NCBI GenBank assembly: GCA_038496445.1
Contig: JALMLS010000013.1
Location: forward strand, 62,001 to 126,000
DNA: 64,000 bases
Direction of reading: 5' to 3'
Source: Trichosphaerium sp. ATCC 40318
Lineage: Eukaryota; Protista; Tubulinea
Numbering within the stretch: position 1 is the first letter of the stretch; the number at the start of each line of letters is the position of its first letter. Position numbers and translations under genes: made by a program. Under the pieces are notes generated by a model that was not told where the DNA came from, did no database searches, and saw only the letters and a program-made list of their open reading frames with translations. Positions 49,797-62,679 of this stretch are shown piece after piece.

Positions 49797-51846
49797 CTAA
49801 AAATGAAGGCCGAATATCCCTATGTTCAAAAGGGATTTACCGATTTTGGAAGAAGTATAAGTAAATGATTTGTTAGGTCCACGTGTGAACTGAAATGCAT
49901 CATTAGGAAAAAGTTGAGATTGATCAGAAGATGCAACAGGCAAGAAAGTATTTACACCTTTGACATTCATTGTCGTTGATAGAGACACTGAACTAAATAC
50001 AACAGATGAACTCAATTCATTAGTTTTACCAAAACAATCTCTATCATGTCCTCTATAATAATAAAACAGTCAATAACTTAATGATTCATCAAAGACGTAA
50101 GACTCCACTTTTGTTGAAAAAAATAAGAAAAAAGTAAGTACTTTTTTTGGCAAACAAGAAAAGAGCAAGCTACTGTTTTCAGTATGCCTAATTCTCCATC
50201 TAGTATTGCTAGTATGTATCTTTGATTATCTGTAACACCAGGAAGCCTTTGTAGAGGTTATTAAGGATGATAAAACAAGAAGAGCTTACTTTACTTTGTA
50301 CTCTAATGAGCACGTAGTGTTGCCTTGTGTTATCGTAACTGAACCTTCCGCGATCTCAGAAGTATTGATTTCTATCGAATTGAACTTGTCTAAAATAAGA
50401 ATAAGCTCTTTGTTCCGCTTTTCGAAAAAAGGTAAAACCGGTACCCAACTTGACACCAGTAGCGAGCTCAAGCACTTTTTCCTGGTACTCTACTACTTTA
50501 ACGTTGTTTGCTGGTACTTCTGCGATCATGAGTTTAGACTGGCCTTTCCCTGATGGATTGAAGAAAGTCTGCAAAACCGTTGAACTGCTATAAATACCAG
50601 ATCCAGAATTAAACCTGAAATAGTACATTAATTTGTGAGTTTGACATAGTACGATCCTTACCAACTATGCCCAGAGCCTGAAGCTAGAAGATTGACATCT
50701 CTGAATAATGAAAAAGCGCTTTGGACCTACCATATATAAGTACAACTCAAAACAAACTAGTTTTTTGAGTAACTTTGAGCTGCAATATTCAACTTACTTG
50801 TGTTGCTGTTAAAGCGGGCGGCGTATTGACCCACCACGCTGAGTAAGTAAAGTCTGTAATACCCAAACTTATGAGATCAAGTAGTGGGTGCTCAAACATT
50901 ATATCAAAGCATATACTCATACCAAAGCGAACACCTTTTGCCAAAAAATTGTTAACAACAAATACAAACAATTTCTTCATCAACACAAAAAGCGTACCGA
51001 AATCTGTATCAAAATACTTTGGTGATTGATTTACTGGTGTATCGAACTGAGGTTCAAACCATAAGTGCGTTTTATGGTATTTTTGAAGAATAGTGCCTTT
51101 GTTTGAAAAAGCAACTTGGGTATTAAACTGATACCGCCCATCATGTGGACAGTTTACATCATTTGATGAACTACAGTATTGTACATCCCCCATATCAAGC
51201 ACAATGTATATACCAACATCTCTAGCTATACAACTAGCTTTGAAAAGCGTAGGAGAAGATTTCTACAAAAAAACGGAAAAACAATTAGCAATAAATCATA
51301 ATCAGTCACGTGCTAAGCCAAAATAAAAAAAAATGACGATTGACATGAGTACTCAAGTATGTCGCTGATTTTACGATGAGTATGAGGTACGCTGGCGCCA
51401 CGGTGGATAACAAAAAGCTACGCACTTGTTTTGAAATATCATTTGACCATTCTGTGCATGGTGTCACTGTAGTGTCCGGTATCGCTTCTAGAAACGGTAA
51501 AATGCTGTCCCTAGTATTTAAATTAGCAATTGGGGCTATTTACAACTCACCTGGTAGGGAATAGAGGTCCATATAGACCATCCTCTGGAAATACAATTAT
51601 TTCAGCTCCAGATGCTTTCGCTGTACAAGCGAAGTCCTATACACGCGTAAACAGGCATCGCTTTGTAATAACTACTTGATACAGTGCCAAGTTCTTCAAC
51701 ATCGCCGTAGAGGCATCTAACTTGCTTGTTGTATTATATGGGGGTAAAATGGGGCTATACTCAACCACAGCGGCCTTGTATCCATTATGGCCTAACACAA
51801 TGGCGGCAAATACAAACAATAGGACTCTTACTGCCAAATGGAACAT
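49797..51846 (-). CDS. Vanin/biotinidase family (pantetheinase-like) secreted amidohydrolase
   Basis: Signal peptide, YKAAVVEY, IIVFPEDGL (Glu), YHKTHL (Lys), ICFDIMF (Cys), plus C-terminal base domain. Confidence 0.9.
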
Positions 51847-52529
51847 TACGACAGCATTACCTGACACTCGAGAGATTTTTTTGAACTTCGCACTTTCTCG
51901 GTCTTTAAAGGTCTTAGTCCGGACGCAAAACGACCCATTGGCGCAATGTCACTGAAGAGGAAGAGGGTAGATGATCATGGAAAGGATAAACGAGTAAGAA
52001 TTTTGCAGCTTGTGACAGTTTTCTTACATTTGTAGGCCAAAATTGAGTATATTCCGCTCGGAAAAGGAGATGTAGGGCCAAACTTAGGTAATATACGTTT
52101 GTTAAAGCAATTATTCACAATTTGTTAGTGGCATTTCACCAAGGATTGCCTGAGGCAGATCTAGCAGCACGTAGGCCAATAAAAACAAATTTGTAAATAA
52201 TGGACTTGATAGGCACAATAGAGTTCAGGCCAGGGTCTAAGGATGCTTTAATCGCCGAAACTGAACAAATGAAGTTCACAGGAAAAGTTAGCGCTGATAA
52301 ATCAAGAATAACAACAAAGTACGCATCAAAATACCTCCAAAACGCCTAAAAACATCTCAACGTTTCCAAAAACGCATAAAACGGCAATCTGTTAAAAAGT
52401 AGGAAAACGCAGTGATAACTCTTATTTTATCGCAATTACCCTCACAAACGACTCATTAGATACTACATTGGCGTATACGATGCAGAAACAAAGCAATTAA
52501 AAATAATACCAACAAAAGGCATACACAAG

Positions 52530-54587
52530 ATGGAAAGCACTATAAAGTCACACGATGAGATTATACCAGATAAGGCTGCTGAATATACACAAGAAGATAA
52601 AATGAAACGTGCTCATGTATTTGGAACACGACGGTACGAGTTTTGTTTTTTTTTTTTTTTGTTTTTTTTTGGATCTCGGACAGCCTCTAACGAAGCTTGA
52701 TGCTTCTATACTCTTGTAACAAATTACAGTATTTTCTACTATCAATTTGTACAATTGCAACGTGTGTGTTGTGTCGCAGTGCTCTATTCTAAAGACCAAA
52801 CTGATAAAAATATTAATTTTTTTCCATTGTACATTTTTCTTTAAATATTGTTGAACATTTCGTCAATGCTGAGGTTGCTGAGGCTGATTGTTTTTATTTA
52901 TACTAAAACTGTAACTTACATATATTAGAGAACGTCGTACAGCTGGTAGAATGATGGTGGACAAACACATGCACAAAGAATTCCAAATGAATACTAAAAT
53001 GAAACGTGAAATGAATACCAAAATAGATCAACTTAGTACGTCTCTTTGTTTGTATTTAAAATCATCTCTTGTATTAATTTCTTGGTTTAGAGGAAGCCCA
53101 AGGTGTACATTCAAACCTAGCAGATGTGCTACCACCTATAAACAAGACTACAAACAAACGAGCGAGAGTGTTTGTCATACGAGATTGTACGTCAAGATTT
53201 TTTGTTTTTGGTTGACATGATTGTTAGTGTTACTCAAAGAGGAACAATTTTTTTTGAAGAACAACTATATAAAATCCATAATGGAAAACGAAAAGACAGT
53301 AGACGATTATTCAGAACACTTTGGAGACTGGTAACACTTTTGTTTATTTCGTCTTTTACGTACCTTATTTTTCTCACTTTTTTCTTATTATTTCTATTTA
53401 AAATAGGGCTTCAAAGTTTGTTGTAGCAAACCTTTCGAGGTACCAAGACGAGTGGCGTAAGCACTTGGAAGCTGTTGCTTTGACTACAAAGGGTCAAGAA
53501 AATCAAGCAAAGAAGCTTATGTTAAAGACAAAGGTTGCAACCTACGTCCAATATTTGTTGATTTACCTTGGTATCTTCCGACAAAATGCCGGTAGAAAAA
53601 TCCTCTTCTCGGCTGCAAAGGCGGCTGAATCTGTTGTACCAAGAAAGCTTCTAGCTGTTTTCGCTAATAAGTATGGTAATAAGTACGTGATGGACTTCCA
53701 AACGAAGTTTGATAAACTCCTCCAAAACAGCTTTTTTTTTTTCATTGCCGGATGATTAGCAAGATCTTAGTTTGATTATGCTTCACGACTACTTGAGTAC
53801 CTGGGTTGTATTGGAATCTTTAAACACCTTCAAACTTCCTGTAAGGCTCTTGTAGCTACAGTTTCGATGAAGCGCTTGTGAGAAGAACCGAGAGGTCTGA
53901 CGGCTTTTTTTTTTGAAAAGAGAGAATAAGTTGTAACGTTTATGTTACCTTTTTCTTTCTTTCTATCATTTCTTTGTTGGAACTTTACTTGTTACACAAT
54001 TTAACCTTGTCTTACAAAGAAATTTAGGACTATATCTGAGAAATATGGAGAGTCCAACTGGGTCCAGTACGTGGTTTTGGTTTTTCACTCTTATATTTCT
54101 TCTTTTTTTTTTGGTTAACTTTCTTTGTTAGGAGTTGTATCACAGCAACTGATAATAAGCGATATCTTATCGAAAATTATATAATCGCTTTATGTCTATT
54201 TTTAAGCGATTATTCGTTATGCCTTAATGTACTACAAGAAGACCTTGAGCATCTAACAATGAGAGAGTACGTACCAACAACAAAAAAGTCAACTTCAAAA
54301 AAAAAATTCCAAAACAATCTTTCTTCTTCTTTCCCTTCCCCTCTACTCTTCCATTCTTTGGGATATATACCACAGATGGTTAAGCGTTAAATTTTAAATG
54401 TAGGTTACTTGAAAGGTGCATGATGATGGGATGTATGAAAAGAACACCTAAAGTCAGTTCAGGAGTAAAGAAACTTCACTTTGCTGAACTCAAAGCACCA
54501 TACACAGATTTTTTCCAAATAGCTCAGGAAAAGAAAAAGAAGCAAGCAGAAGAGCGAAAAAAGCAAATGATGGCTAAAAGAGTATAG
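52530..54587 (+). CDS. Hypothetical multi-exon protein
   Basis: Chain of open exons with GT-AG boundaries from MESTIKSHDE to ..KKQMMAKRV*; some junctions unresolved; no family recognised. Confidence 0.5.
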
Positions 54588-54823
54588 AGAAAAATAAAGT
54601 AACACAAAAACAAAAAAAATAAAAATATATCACTCAAAAAAATCGCCTTGTTTCTGTAACCTGAACTCGACTATCTTCATAAACCATCCATATCATAAAT
54701 ATTTGTTTATTACAAAATGTCAATTCCGAAGAACAATATGATACACGGGGATAGTACAAAGAACAGTAGATTTTTTATTGATTTCTTTTTTTGGTTTTTT
54801 TTTTTTTGGATACAATGCATTAA

Positions 54824-56228
54824 TTACTGTTTAGCTAAATAAGTACGTGCTAATCCAAACCCAACAGCTCCACATATAGCAAATACTACTCCTAAAACCA
54901 CAGGAGACTCAAAGACAGAAAAGAATCCGGATGACGCTTCTTCGTTTTCAGTAAAATTTACAATCCACTTTAAGTAGCGTAAACCTTCTTTGAACTCTTT
55001 AAAATCAATAGTACCTAGTTTAAAATAAATACAACAAAGACCAACAAGCCTTCAGAAGAACAAAAACAACAAAAACAAAGAAGAACAAGCCTTCAGAAGA
55101 ACGAAAAATCGGTTCAAAAAAAAAAATAACAAAAAGCAACACATACCATCCATATCTTTATCCAATTGCTTCATCAACTGTTCCAAAGTCTTCTTTGGTA
55201 ACTCAACACCACTCAAACGCCTTTTAAAAACAAGTAAGCTTCGAAATAACTCCAAATTTCAGATATTCTTTCACATCAACACCATACCTTACGAGTTGTC
55301 CAAGTTCTTCCATATCAATTGAACCGTTACCATCTAAGTCAACATCGCAAAAGATTTGCTTGTAAAGCTCTAACTTTTCACCTGTAAACTCACTCTCAAC
55401 GTAACGTAGTTGCCCTAAGCCAGCCAATTCACGCTAAACCAAGAAAGTCAGTGAGAAACGTCTTGGCATTGTTTTTCCGTTAAAACGAACCTTGAAACGT
55501 CCAAATCTGTCGTTAGCAGTTCTCTCAAGTTCTTGAGCAAGCTCAAGGTGATTACCACGAATCTACAAAAAACTGTCAAGGAAGTGGTTGCAACCATTTC
55601 GATTTTGTTTTTTGAATGAAATTCACAAAAAACGCACTCTGTTAAAGTCTGTTTGAGCAAATACTGCTAATGTAGCAGTCTCTGATGTACAGTGAACGCT
55701 AGCAGAACGTGGCATTGTGTATAATAGACCCTAAATAGAATTAAACGCCAAAAACATCAAAATACTTGAAAAAGCGAAAAAAACCCACGTCTGTGTTTGC
55801 TCACCATTTCGCCGAAGAAGCCACCTGTGCTGCAATCACCAACTTTCTTGCCGTCACCAGTCAGTATATCAAATACGCCTTTTTTAATGAACGTTAGTAC
55901 TATTGAAGCATGTACTTATGCTAGGAGCACTGTAGTACCGTCTAGAATAAAATACATCTCTTTTGGGATATCACCTATTTAAAATGCGTTATTTCATCTG
56001 CAAGTAATCCTATATGGTAGTAGTACCTTTGCGGCATACATAGTCGCCTTGTTTTACTTGTCTTATTTGCAACGAGGCTTGTACTTCCTCGAGTAAAGCT
56101 ACTGAGCTTCCTAGTTCATTATAAAGTAAGCTTGTGAAGGTAAGGCGCTTTGTCTCTTGGTAGTATGCCGTACCTTTAAATAGAGAAACCTTTTTAAGGT
56201 CTTCTAGAGTTGGTTTACGTGCAGCCAT
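54824..56228 (-). CDS. Cyclic-nucleotide-binding + EF-hand pair protein with C-terminal membrane anchor
   Basis: GDYVCRKGD..MYFI, GGFFGEMGLL..PRSASV; EF loops DLDGNGSIDMEE and DKDMDGTIDFKE; hydrophobic tail VVLGVVFAICGAVGFGLA. Confidence 0.85.
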
Positions 56229-56490
56229 TATTGTTTATACGTTCTTAGAGGACGTGGAAGAAATTAACTGACTGAAATGTCGTTGCAACTGCCTTATTTA
56301 ACTAAAAACTGACACTATGAGCGTTGGTTACGTAACAAAAGATTACTGCGTACCGTAAAGTGAGTTATTCTGAATGAACGAAATAATACGACCATACATT
56401 AGCAAAGCACAACTTGCTAAGCAATTTAAGGTCAATGCGGCTGTAAGTAGCTAAGTGAACCTTTTCAGCTTTGGGCGTATCAACCACAAC

Positions 56491-56973
56491 ATGCGCTTGT
56501 TACTAGCTGTATCTACTGTCGTGGTGCTTGCCATTGCCATTGGGTTTTCGCTTCGCGACCACGTTCATAGGTCAGATATTGTAGTAGATATACCACCCAC
56601 GCGTAGCAAAGCGGATGTGCTTACTCTCTTGATGAATCCAACTGAACTGTTAAAATTTCATCCCAAAGTTCTACAAGTAATCATTTCACATAAGAACGAG
56701 TCGTACGTACACTATGACGTCGAAGATCGCATTTTTGGCTTTTCATTTAAATACAGCGTTGAAGCGCAGTTATTGGAGTGCGGTACCGTGTACAGTAAGG
56801 CAAATACTGGGTTAGGAATGACTATAATGTCTTTTTGGCGTATTACAGAAGATAAAAAATTGGCTGAACATTACGTAATGAAAGGGTACTGGTTGATTGT
56901 GACGTTGTCCAAAGACATCGCAAAATACTCCCACACAAAGATGCTACAAGGAGCTGCCTCTGGTGGAATCTAA
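56491..56973 (+). CDS. Probable SRPBCC/START-like fold protein with N-terminal signal or anchor
   Basis: Intronless ORF, hydrophobic N-terminus, VLTLLMNPTELLKFHP, YDVEDRI, C-terminal helix SHTKML. Confidence 0.55.
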   Translation: MRLLLAVSTVVVLAIAIGFSLRDHVHRSDIVVDIPPTRSKADVLTLLMNPTELLKFHPKVLQVIISHKNESYVHYDVEDRIFGFSFKYSVEAQLLECGTVYSKANTGLGMTIMSFWRITEDKKLAEHYVMKGYWLIVTLSKDIAKYSHTKMLQGAASGGI

Positions 56974-57560
56974 AACACTTGTGAACTGCTTAATAAGCCA
57001 AGTTTGAAATAAATACAAATCCAGTCAAAACACGTGACATTGGATTTAATTCACTCCAGTGATAGCCTATTATTTTAATGAGTTTTGGTTTGCAGTGCAT
57101 TTCTTGCAATAACGTTCACTACAACAAGCAGTTTGAGCCTAACTTGGTAACTTATGCACTAATACGACAACCAGTGAATAAAATACGCTCACACGTAACT
57201 AACAATGCTTGAAACCATATTTTTCTAGCGTATACGCGTTAAACAACGGTTTAACTTTTCTGGATCTGGTATAGCTCTGTGCTAGGTAATGTGGCTCTGA
57301 TTAAACCAGTTTATTGTGATACGGTGAGAATTATGCTAGTACAAGCTTTGTAAGCGAACACTTCGCCACACGCTTTTATCACCGGAAAAAAGCACATAAA
57401 TTATTCGTTAGTGGTAGTCAGTGCGTCGCGACGTTTTTGCAAAGCATGTCAGCTAAGATGAATAAAATTGATAAAGTTGTCATTTAGCCTAAGCCGAATC
57501 TGTTAGGCTAATAATGAGCAGTTACTTGGATCTAAAATGCTCTAAGTGCGAAAACGCACA

Positions 57561-58591
57561 ATGTCAGACGATTGTACCGACATTAAAGTCGTTTTAGTAG
57601 GAGATGGTGCAGTTGGTAAAACTTCATTGCTCGTACGGCACTACTGTACACTAGTTACTAACTTACAGAGTTTAGCTAACTTACACAAATGGTGGCGATT
57701 TTCCAAACTCTATGGCTCCCACAGTGTTCGATAGCACAAGTGAGTATCTTTCTGGCACGTATTAATCTCACCAGTCAAGTCATAGCTAAGTTTTCAAAAG
57801 TGGACGGAAGAAGGGTGAAATTGAACTTTGTAGACACAGCAGGTGCGCTAGCGATAATTACTAGCGCTGGTAATTATTCAAAAAAACTTACCGTTTTGAT
57901 TTTTAGGACAAGACGAGTACGATAGAATCAGACCGTTGAGGTAAGTACATGCGCAAATACGCTAGCTATTAGCAAGGGTGACGACTAATAAACGTTACAG
58001 CTATCCGAGCACGCATGTATTTTTGCTCTGCTTTTCAGTTATATCCCAAGGAGCGTTTATGAACATAACAGAAAAGGTACGAATGCGAACTAGTTGTTGA
58101 CAAAGTCATTTTTTTTTTCTGTCAAAAAAAGATTGACTGACGTTTTGGTTTATTAGTGGTACCCAGAATTGAAACACTACTGCCCTGGTGTACCCATTCT
58201 ACTTGTTGGAACAAAGAAGGATGCTAGAGATAATCGTGATATCCAATATGAGCTAATGAGGCGCGGACAGAGCCCCACTACAGTAGAACAAGGTAATTGC
58301 AACAAAAAAATAGTAAAGATTCAGACTTTTTGTGTCAAGAAAACTCACGTGTTTATTGTTTGTCATATTATTTGTTACACTTGGAGTGTTTTTTTTTCTG
58401 ACTTTTTTTCACCAGGAGAGCATCTTGCACGTACTATAGAGGCTGAAAAGTATATGGAATGTAGCTCACTACAAAATAATGGTGTTTCTGAAGTTATGCA
58501 AACAGTTGCACGCATAGCAATGAGTAGAGAAGGTGGTAGGCCTTCTAAAAACAATAGACGAAAGAAAAAACGGAAATGTAATGTATTGTAA
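57561..58591 (+). CDS. Rho/Rac family small GTPase
   Basis: GDGAVGKT, PTVFD, DTAGQDEYDRIRPLSYP, GTKKD, ECSS, polybasic tail plus CAAX (CNVL); six GT-AG introns keep frame. Confidence 0.96.
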
Positions 58592-59101
58592 AACAAAAAA
58601 CAAACCAACAAAAAAAAAAACCAAATAAAAAAAAACAAAAGGAAAACTTTGCTTTTGGTTGCTTTGATATAATCCCTCACTTGATTGTTTTCAATGTATT
58701 GCTCTGATTTTGGGGTGGGTCAATCTCTTCCAGGATACATGTGATTTTGATGTAACAGCTATGCCAGGCACAGACATGGTTACAGTTGGTGATGTTTTAC
58801 GAAATGATGCGCACATAGCCATTTGAATCTACATATTAATACTATGTGCTAGGGGTAGTAGTGGTTAACCACAACATGTTGATGAAAATTGAGAATCTTC
58901 AAAAAAAAGTGTCATGATAATGCGTATGGATTGATTTAATTTACAAGGCTTGTGAATGACATCCTTATTGATCCTAGTTAACCTAATCTGGTAGCTTGTA
59001 ACTAAATTGTACTTCGTTTATGACGTCATTCGTACAGGTTTACTAAATATAGACTTTTTGTTCACAATATCTGTTATCCCTCCGCTCCACGCCTCTGAGT
59101 G

Positions 59102-60472
59102 ATGGAAACTTGCGTAATACGACTATCATGTATTCTTTTAGTCGTTTTTACTTTATCGCATGCTCAAATAACTGTAACATACCCTGAAGAGGTCTCTGGA
59201 GAATACGATGCTGTCACGATGCTCTTCGGGGTAAATTTAGAGTTTAATACGTTCACTTTCGAAAACGTCACAGCTGTCCTTGAAACAGCCGCTGATAAGA
59301 ACGGATCAATCGTTATTGCCAAAAGAGAGTCTCGGCCGTACTATATAGAATGGCTTGCTCAAGGTGCCTTGGCTATTATAGAAGCTAACGGACGTACAAC
59401 GCCATCGTTTGCGACATTTAGAGCTGAAAAAGAGGATCCTAAAATAGGAATAAACGCTGTTGTTTCAAATTCTGAATGGATTGACACGTGCTTTGAAAAA
59501 GGGTTTACGAACGTGACACTTTGTATAAGTAGTCAAGAGAACTTTTATAGAAGGTTTTATAAGTCTGCTTGGCCGTATGTTATATTCTTTATTCACTTGG
59601 GTATTCACATTGCTACTTTCTTTTATTTTATTTGGAGGCTTTGGATGGTCTTCAAAGTAGGTCAATGCAAGCTTCAGATTATGACTGTTGTTATGATTTT
59701 AGAGACAATAGGATGTGTACTACGTGTGCCACCAATGATATTGATTACATTGCTGCCACTGGCTATTCCATACTCTGGATTAGCTGTCACTTTGACTTTC
59801 AGTTTTGTCTTCACTGCGATAACTAATTTATTGATTATTCTTTATTGGCATGAAGTACTCCTAGAAACATCTCTTCAGATAAATCTGTTTCTGTCTAAGC
59901 TTAAAATACCATTCTTTGTACTCTGTGGGATATGTACGCCACTTTCCATGTTTTTTCTATTGTTGTAATTTCACAACAACGTTAACAAGCGTTTCCTCTT
60001 TTTTTCTTAAAGTTTCTTACTTTCTTATTAAGTGGTTGTGTTTGAACTTAGTGCTGATGTTACTATACTATTACTCCCAAGGAAGATACCTATGCTTGCT
60101 ATGGTCAAGAACAGTGTATACTCTTTGATAGCAATAGGATTGTTTGTTTATTGCTTAAGCGTTACTCTACAGCTTTATCGACTCGCTACTAAGTATCAAG
60201 ACAAATCTGTATCGCAAGGAGTTAGGAGACGTATTATCCAAACAATTGGTGCTCTCACTTTAATATTTGCGTTCAGTATTCTCTTGCTTGCAAACGTTCA
60301 GTATAAATTTCCGGCTGGGTTTTCACTTACATGGGCAGGTATATATTCATCCTCTAACCTACTTGGTATTGTAACTGTCATGAGCTTTCAGATTAGAAGC
60401 AAGCCAAGAAGAGTTTCATCCAGTACAAAGTCAAATGGAGACAGTACATCACATACATTAACTAAAGTGTAG
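59102..60472 (+). CDS. Seven-transmembrane receptor-like protein with signal peptide and PA-like ectodomain
   Basis: Signal peptide, ectodomain (GSIVIAKR, QGALAII), about seven hydrophobic helices, Ser-rich tail; one intron about 59934-60011. Confidence 0.65.
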
Positions 60473-60612
60473 TTTATTAGTTGACATTTGAATATTTGTA
60501 TGTAGTGATGTTGTACATGTTTAAAATAAAAAAAGCTTCATAGTTGCGAAGCCTATATGGCAAAAACTGGCTACTGTTGTTGGTTGTTCTGGTTTTTTTT
60601 TTTTTGGTGGGC

Positions 60613-60620
60613 TATAAATA
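60613..60620 (+). promoter_or_regulatory. TATA box of the permuted tRNA-like unit
   Basis: TATAAATA about 29-30 nt upstream of the first paired nucleotide (60642/60643). Confidence 0.55.
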
Positions 60621-60641
60621 GAACGATTAATGTAGTTTGAC

Positions 60642-60774
60642 AGATCCAATAGTAACTTCTCGAAAAACTAATTCTCAATCAATTAAGGCCCGGGTTCGAT
60701 TCCCGGTGGGGGGACTAAACCCCTCATGGTGTAATGGTAGCAAATACTTCTCTCCCGCAAGGGTTGGATCTTTT
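60642..60774 (+). ncRNA. Circularly permuted tRNA-like RNA (3' half precedes 5' half)
   Basis: T arm CCGGG-TTCGATT-CCCGG 60690-60706; acceptor 3' strand TGGGGGG 60707-60713; loop ACTAAA; acceptor 5' strand CCCCTCA 60720-60726; TG + D arm GTGT-AATGGTA-GCAA; AGATCCAA/TTGGATCT terminal helix; TTTT. Confidence 0.75.
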
Positions 60775-61026
60775 GTTTTAATGAACCAATAGAGTTTTAT
60801 CACCAAGTGAGCGTGTTGCAAAGTTGTAATACTTATTGAGTAATTTAACCTTCAAGAAGAAGATACGTGATTTTTTTGTAACGTAAAAAATTACATAATG
60901 TACACTGTTTACTTTTACAAGTTTTGTTTGTTTTTGTTCCTCTTAAGATATCTATTGTAATAGTTTTCAACTTAAAACCTGTTTCACGTTTTACTCTTTA
61001 AGACTTGTCTAAACCGATTCTAGCAG

Positions 61027-62679
61027 TCATACGTCTTTCAGTTCTTGGTGTCCATGGTTCGCGAATATTCCTGTTTGTTCTGAATCATGAATTAGCACTG
61101 AAGGTATACAAAAACCATTTTTTTAACAATGTACTTGAGTGTTGCTAAAAGAGCGATATCATCCTGAATATCACATCCAACCATTTCACCTCCTTCTACC
61201 TCACCAATACCACCTTCTCCCTTTTTAATCTTATAAATATCACGTGATTTTAATGAGGAAACACAAAAATGATGACAACCAAAAAAAAAAAACTTCAACG
61301 AACCTGAGCGATATCTTCTATAAAGTCTTGTACAACTTGACCTTTTTCGTCTACTACTGGTTGTAGTACATTAATCATATCTTGTGAAAGAGTCAATCTT
61401 GATCGATTAGCTGTACACTGTATGACTTTAGCTGCTAATATTTGGACTTTACGGTCTTGTGTTGTTGCTGATCCGTCTTGTGGAAGTATATTGTGTAATT
61501 CAGGTGTTATAATACTTGGGCATACAAATCTAAAAATAAAACGTTAGTATCAGCCGATTGAAGAAAAAAAACGTCAGAAAAAAAAACTGTTGCTTTAACT
61601 ATTTTTTTGGTATTTGTTTGTTTAGTCACTAGATCAAACGCTCAATGTGTTTAGTGAACGTTCCCACAATACTCAAGTACGTGTAGCATATTGTCAGGTA
61701 ATATTGTAGAAGTACAGTGTTCATGGGAGTAGAGAAAACGCTATTTTCAAAGAAGAAAACTGTACAAAAAAAAAAGAAAGTAAAAAGGCACCTTTGATTG
61801 TAAAATACCTTCGTTAAGAACGTACCTTAAGAAGAAGAAACCACTTAAAGCGCTAACTACAGCATCAGGAAATCGTTGATGAACAGCATCCTTAATCATT
61901 TTCATAATAAGCACTATACCTCTACAAACAGTCATAAGAAACAAGCGGAAGGCGAACTAACTCTTTAAGAGGTATGCGCTCCTTAACACGTACCTAGGCA
62001 ATTGATCCTTAGACGCAATGACACGGTCTAGTGTATCACAGAGTAGTTTAGCCAAATCGTCTAGGTTTGATGTACCAGTAGACCTCATATTGAGTATAGG
62101 ATCTGCTAACGTGTTCCGTAGATACTCCTGGTTTCTTTTGAAGCAAAAGTAGTACTTTAGGATCTTAGATGCTGAGCTGTTTCCTCTGAATATCGTATGT
62201 TTGTTCTCTAAAGGGTTTGAAGCGATTAGGATAGGATTTGATGTGATAGAGTTGGTTTTAAGAATTGAAGCCGATAAATCGCTTGTGACACTTTAACAGT
62301 ATGTAAAGCTGGTGCGTGGTAAGAGACTTATGTCGTACCTTTGGTCCGCTGTACTTCATGTTTCAAAACATGGTCAAATAACGCTACTAATTTACGTTTT
62401 CGCGCACAGACTCTAACTAGAGCTGCTAGATACGGTTCGTGCTCCGGTATTTTTAATAACTCAATTTGTTGAAGCACTGTCTTGAAATCAATAGTGTACG
62501 TATTCAAAGGAACCGGTTTACGCCGTTTTACAGGTTTCTTAGTCTGTTAAGTAAATTAGTACGTAAATATTACAATAAAGTACCTCAGTAGATCCGCGGA
62601 GTAGCCACAGTGCCGCTATACCTGCTATACTAGAAACTACAAGTACAACTGCCGTTATAGATACTGTAGAATGATCCAT
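61027..62679 (-). CDS. Small RasGAP-domain protein with N-terminal transmembrane anchor
   Basis: TIFRGNS (Arg finger), GFFFLRFVCPSIITP signature, AAKVIQCTAN; hydrophobic N-terminus. Confidence 0.85.

Noticed and set aside
55043-55103. 19-bp direct repeat AACAAGCCTTCAGAAGAAC
   Set aside because: Local slippage duplication inside an intron.
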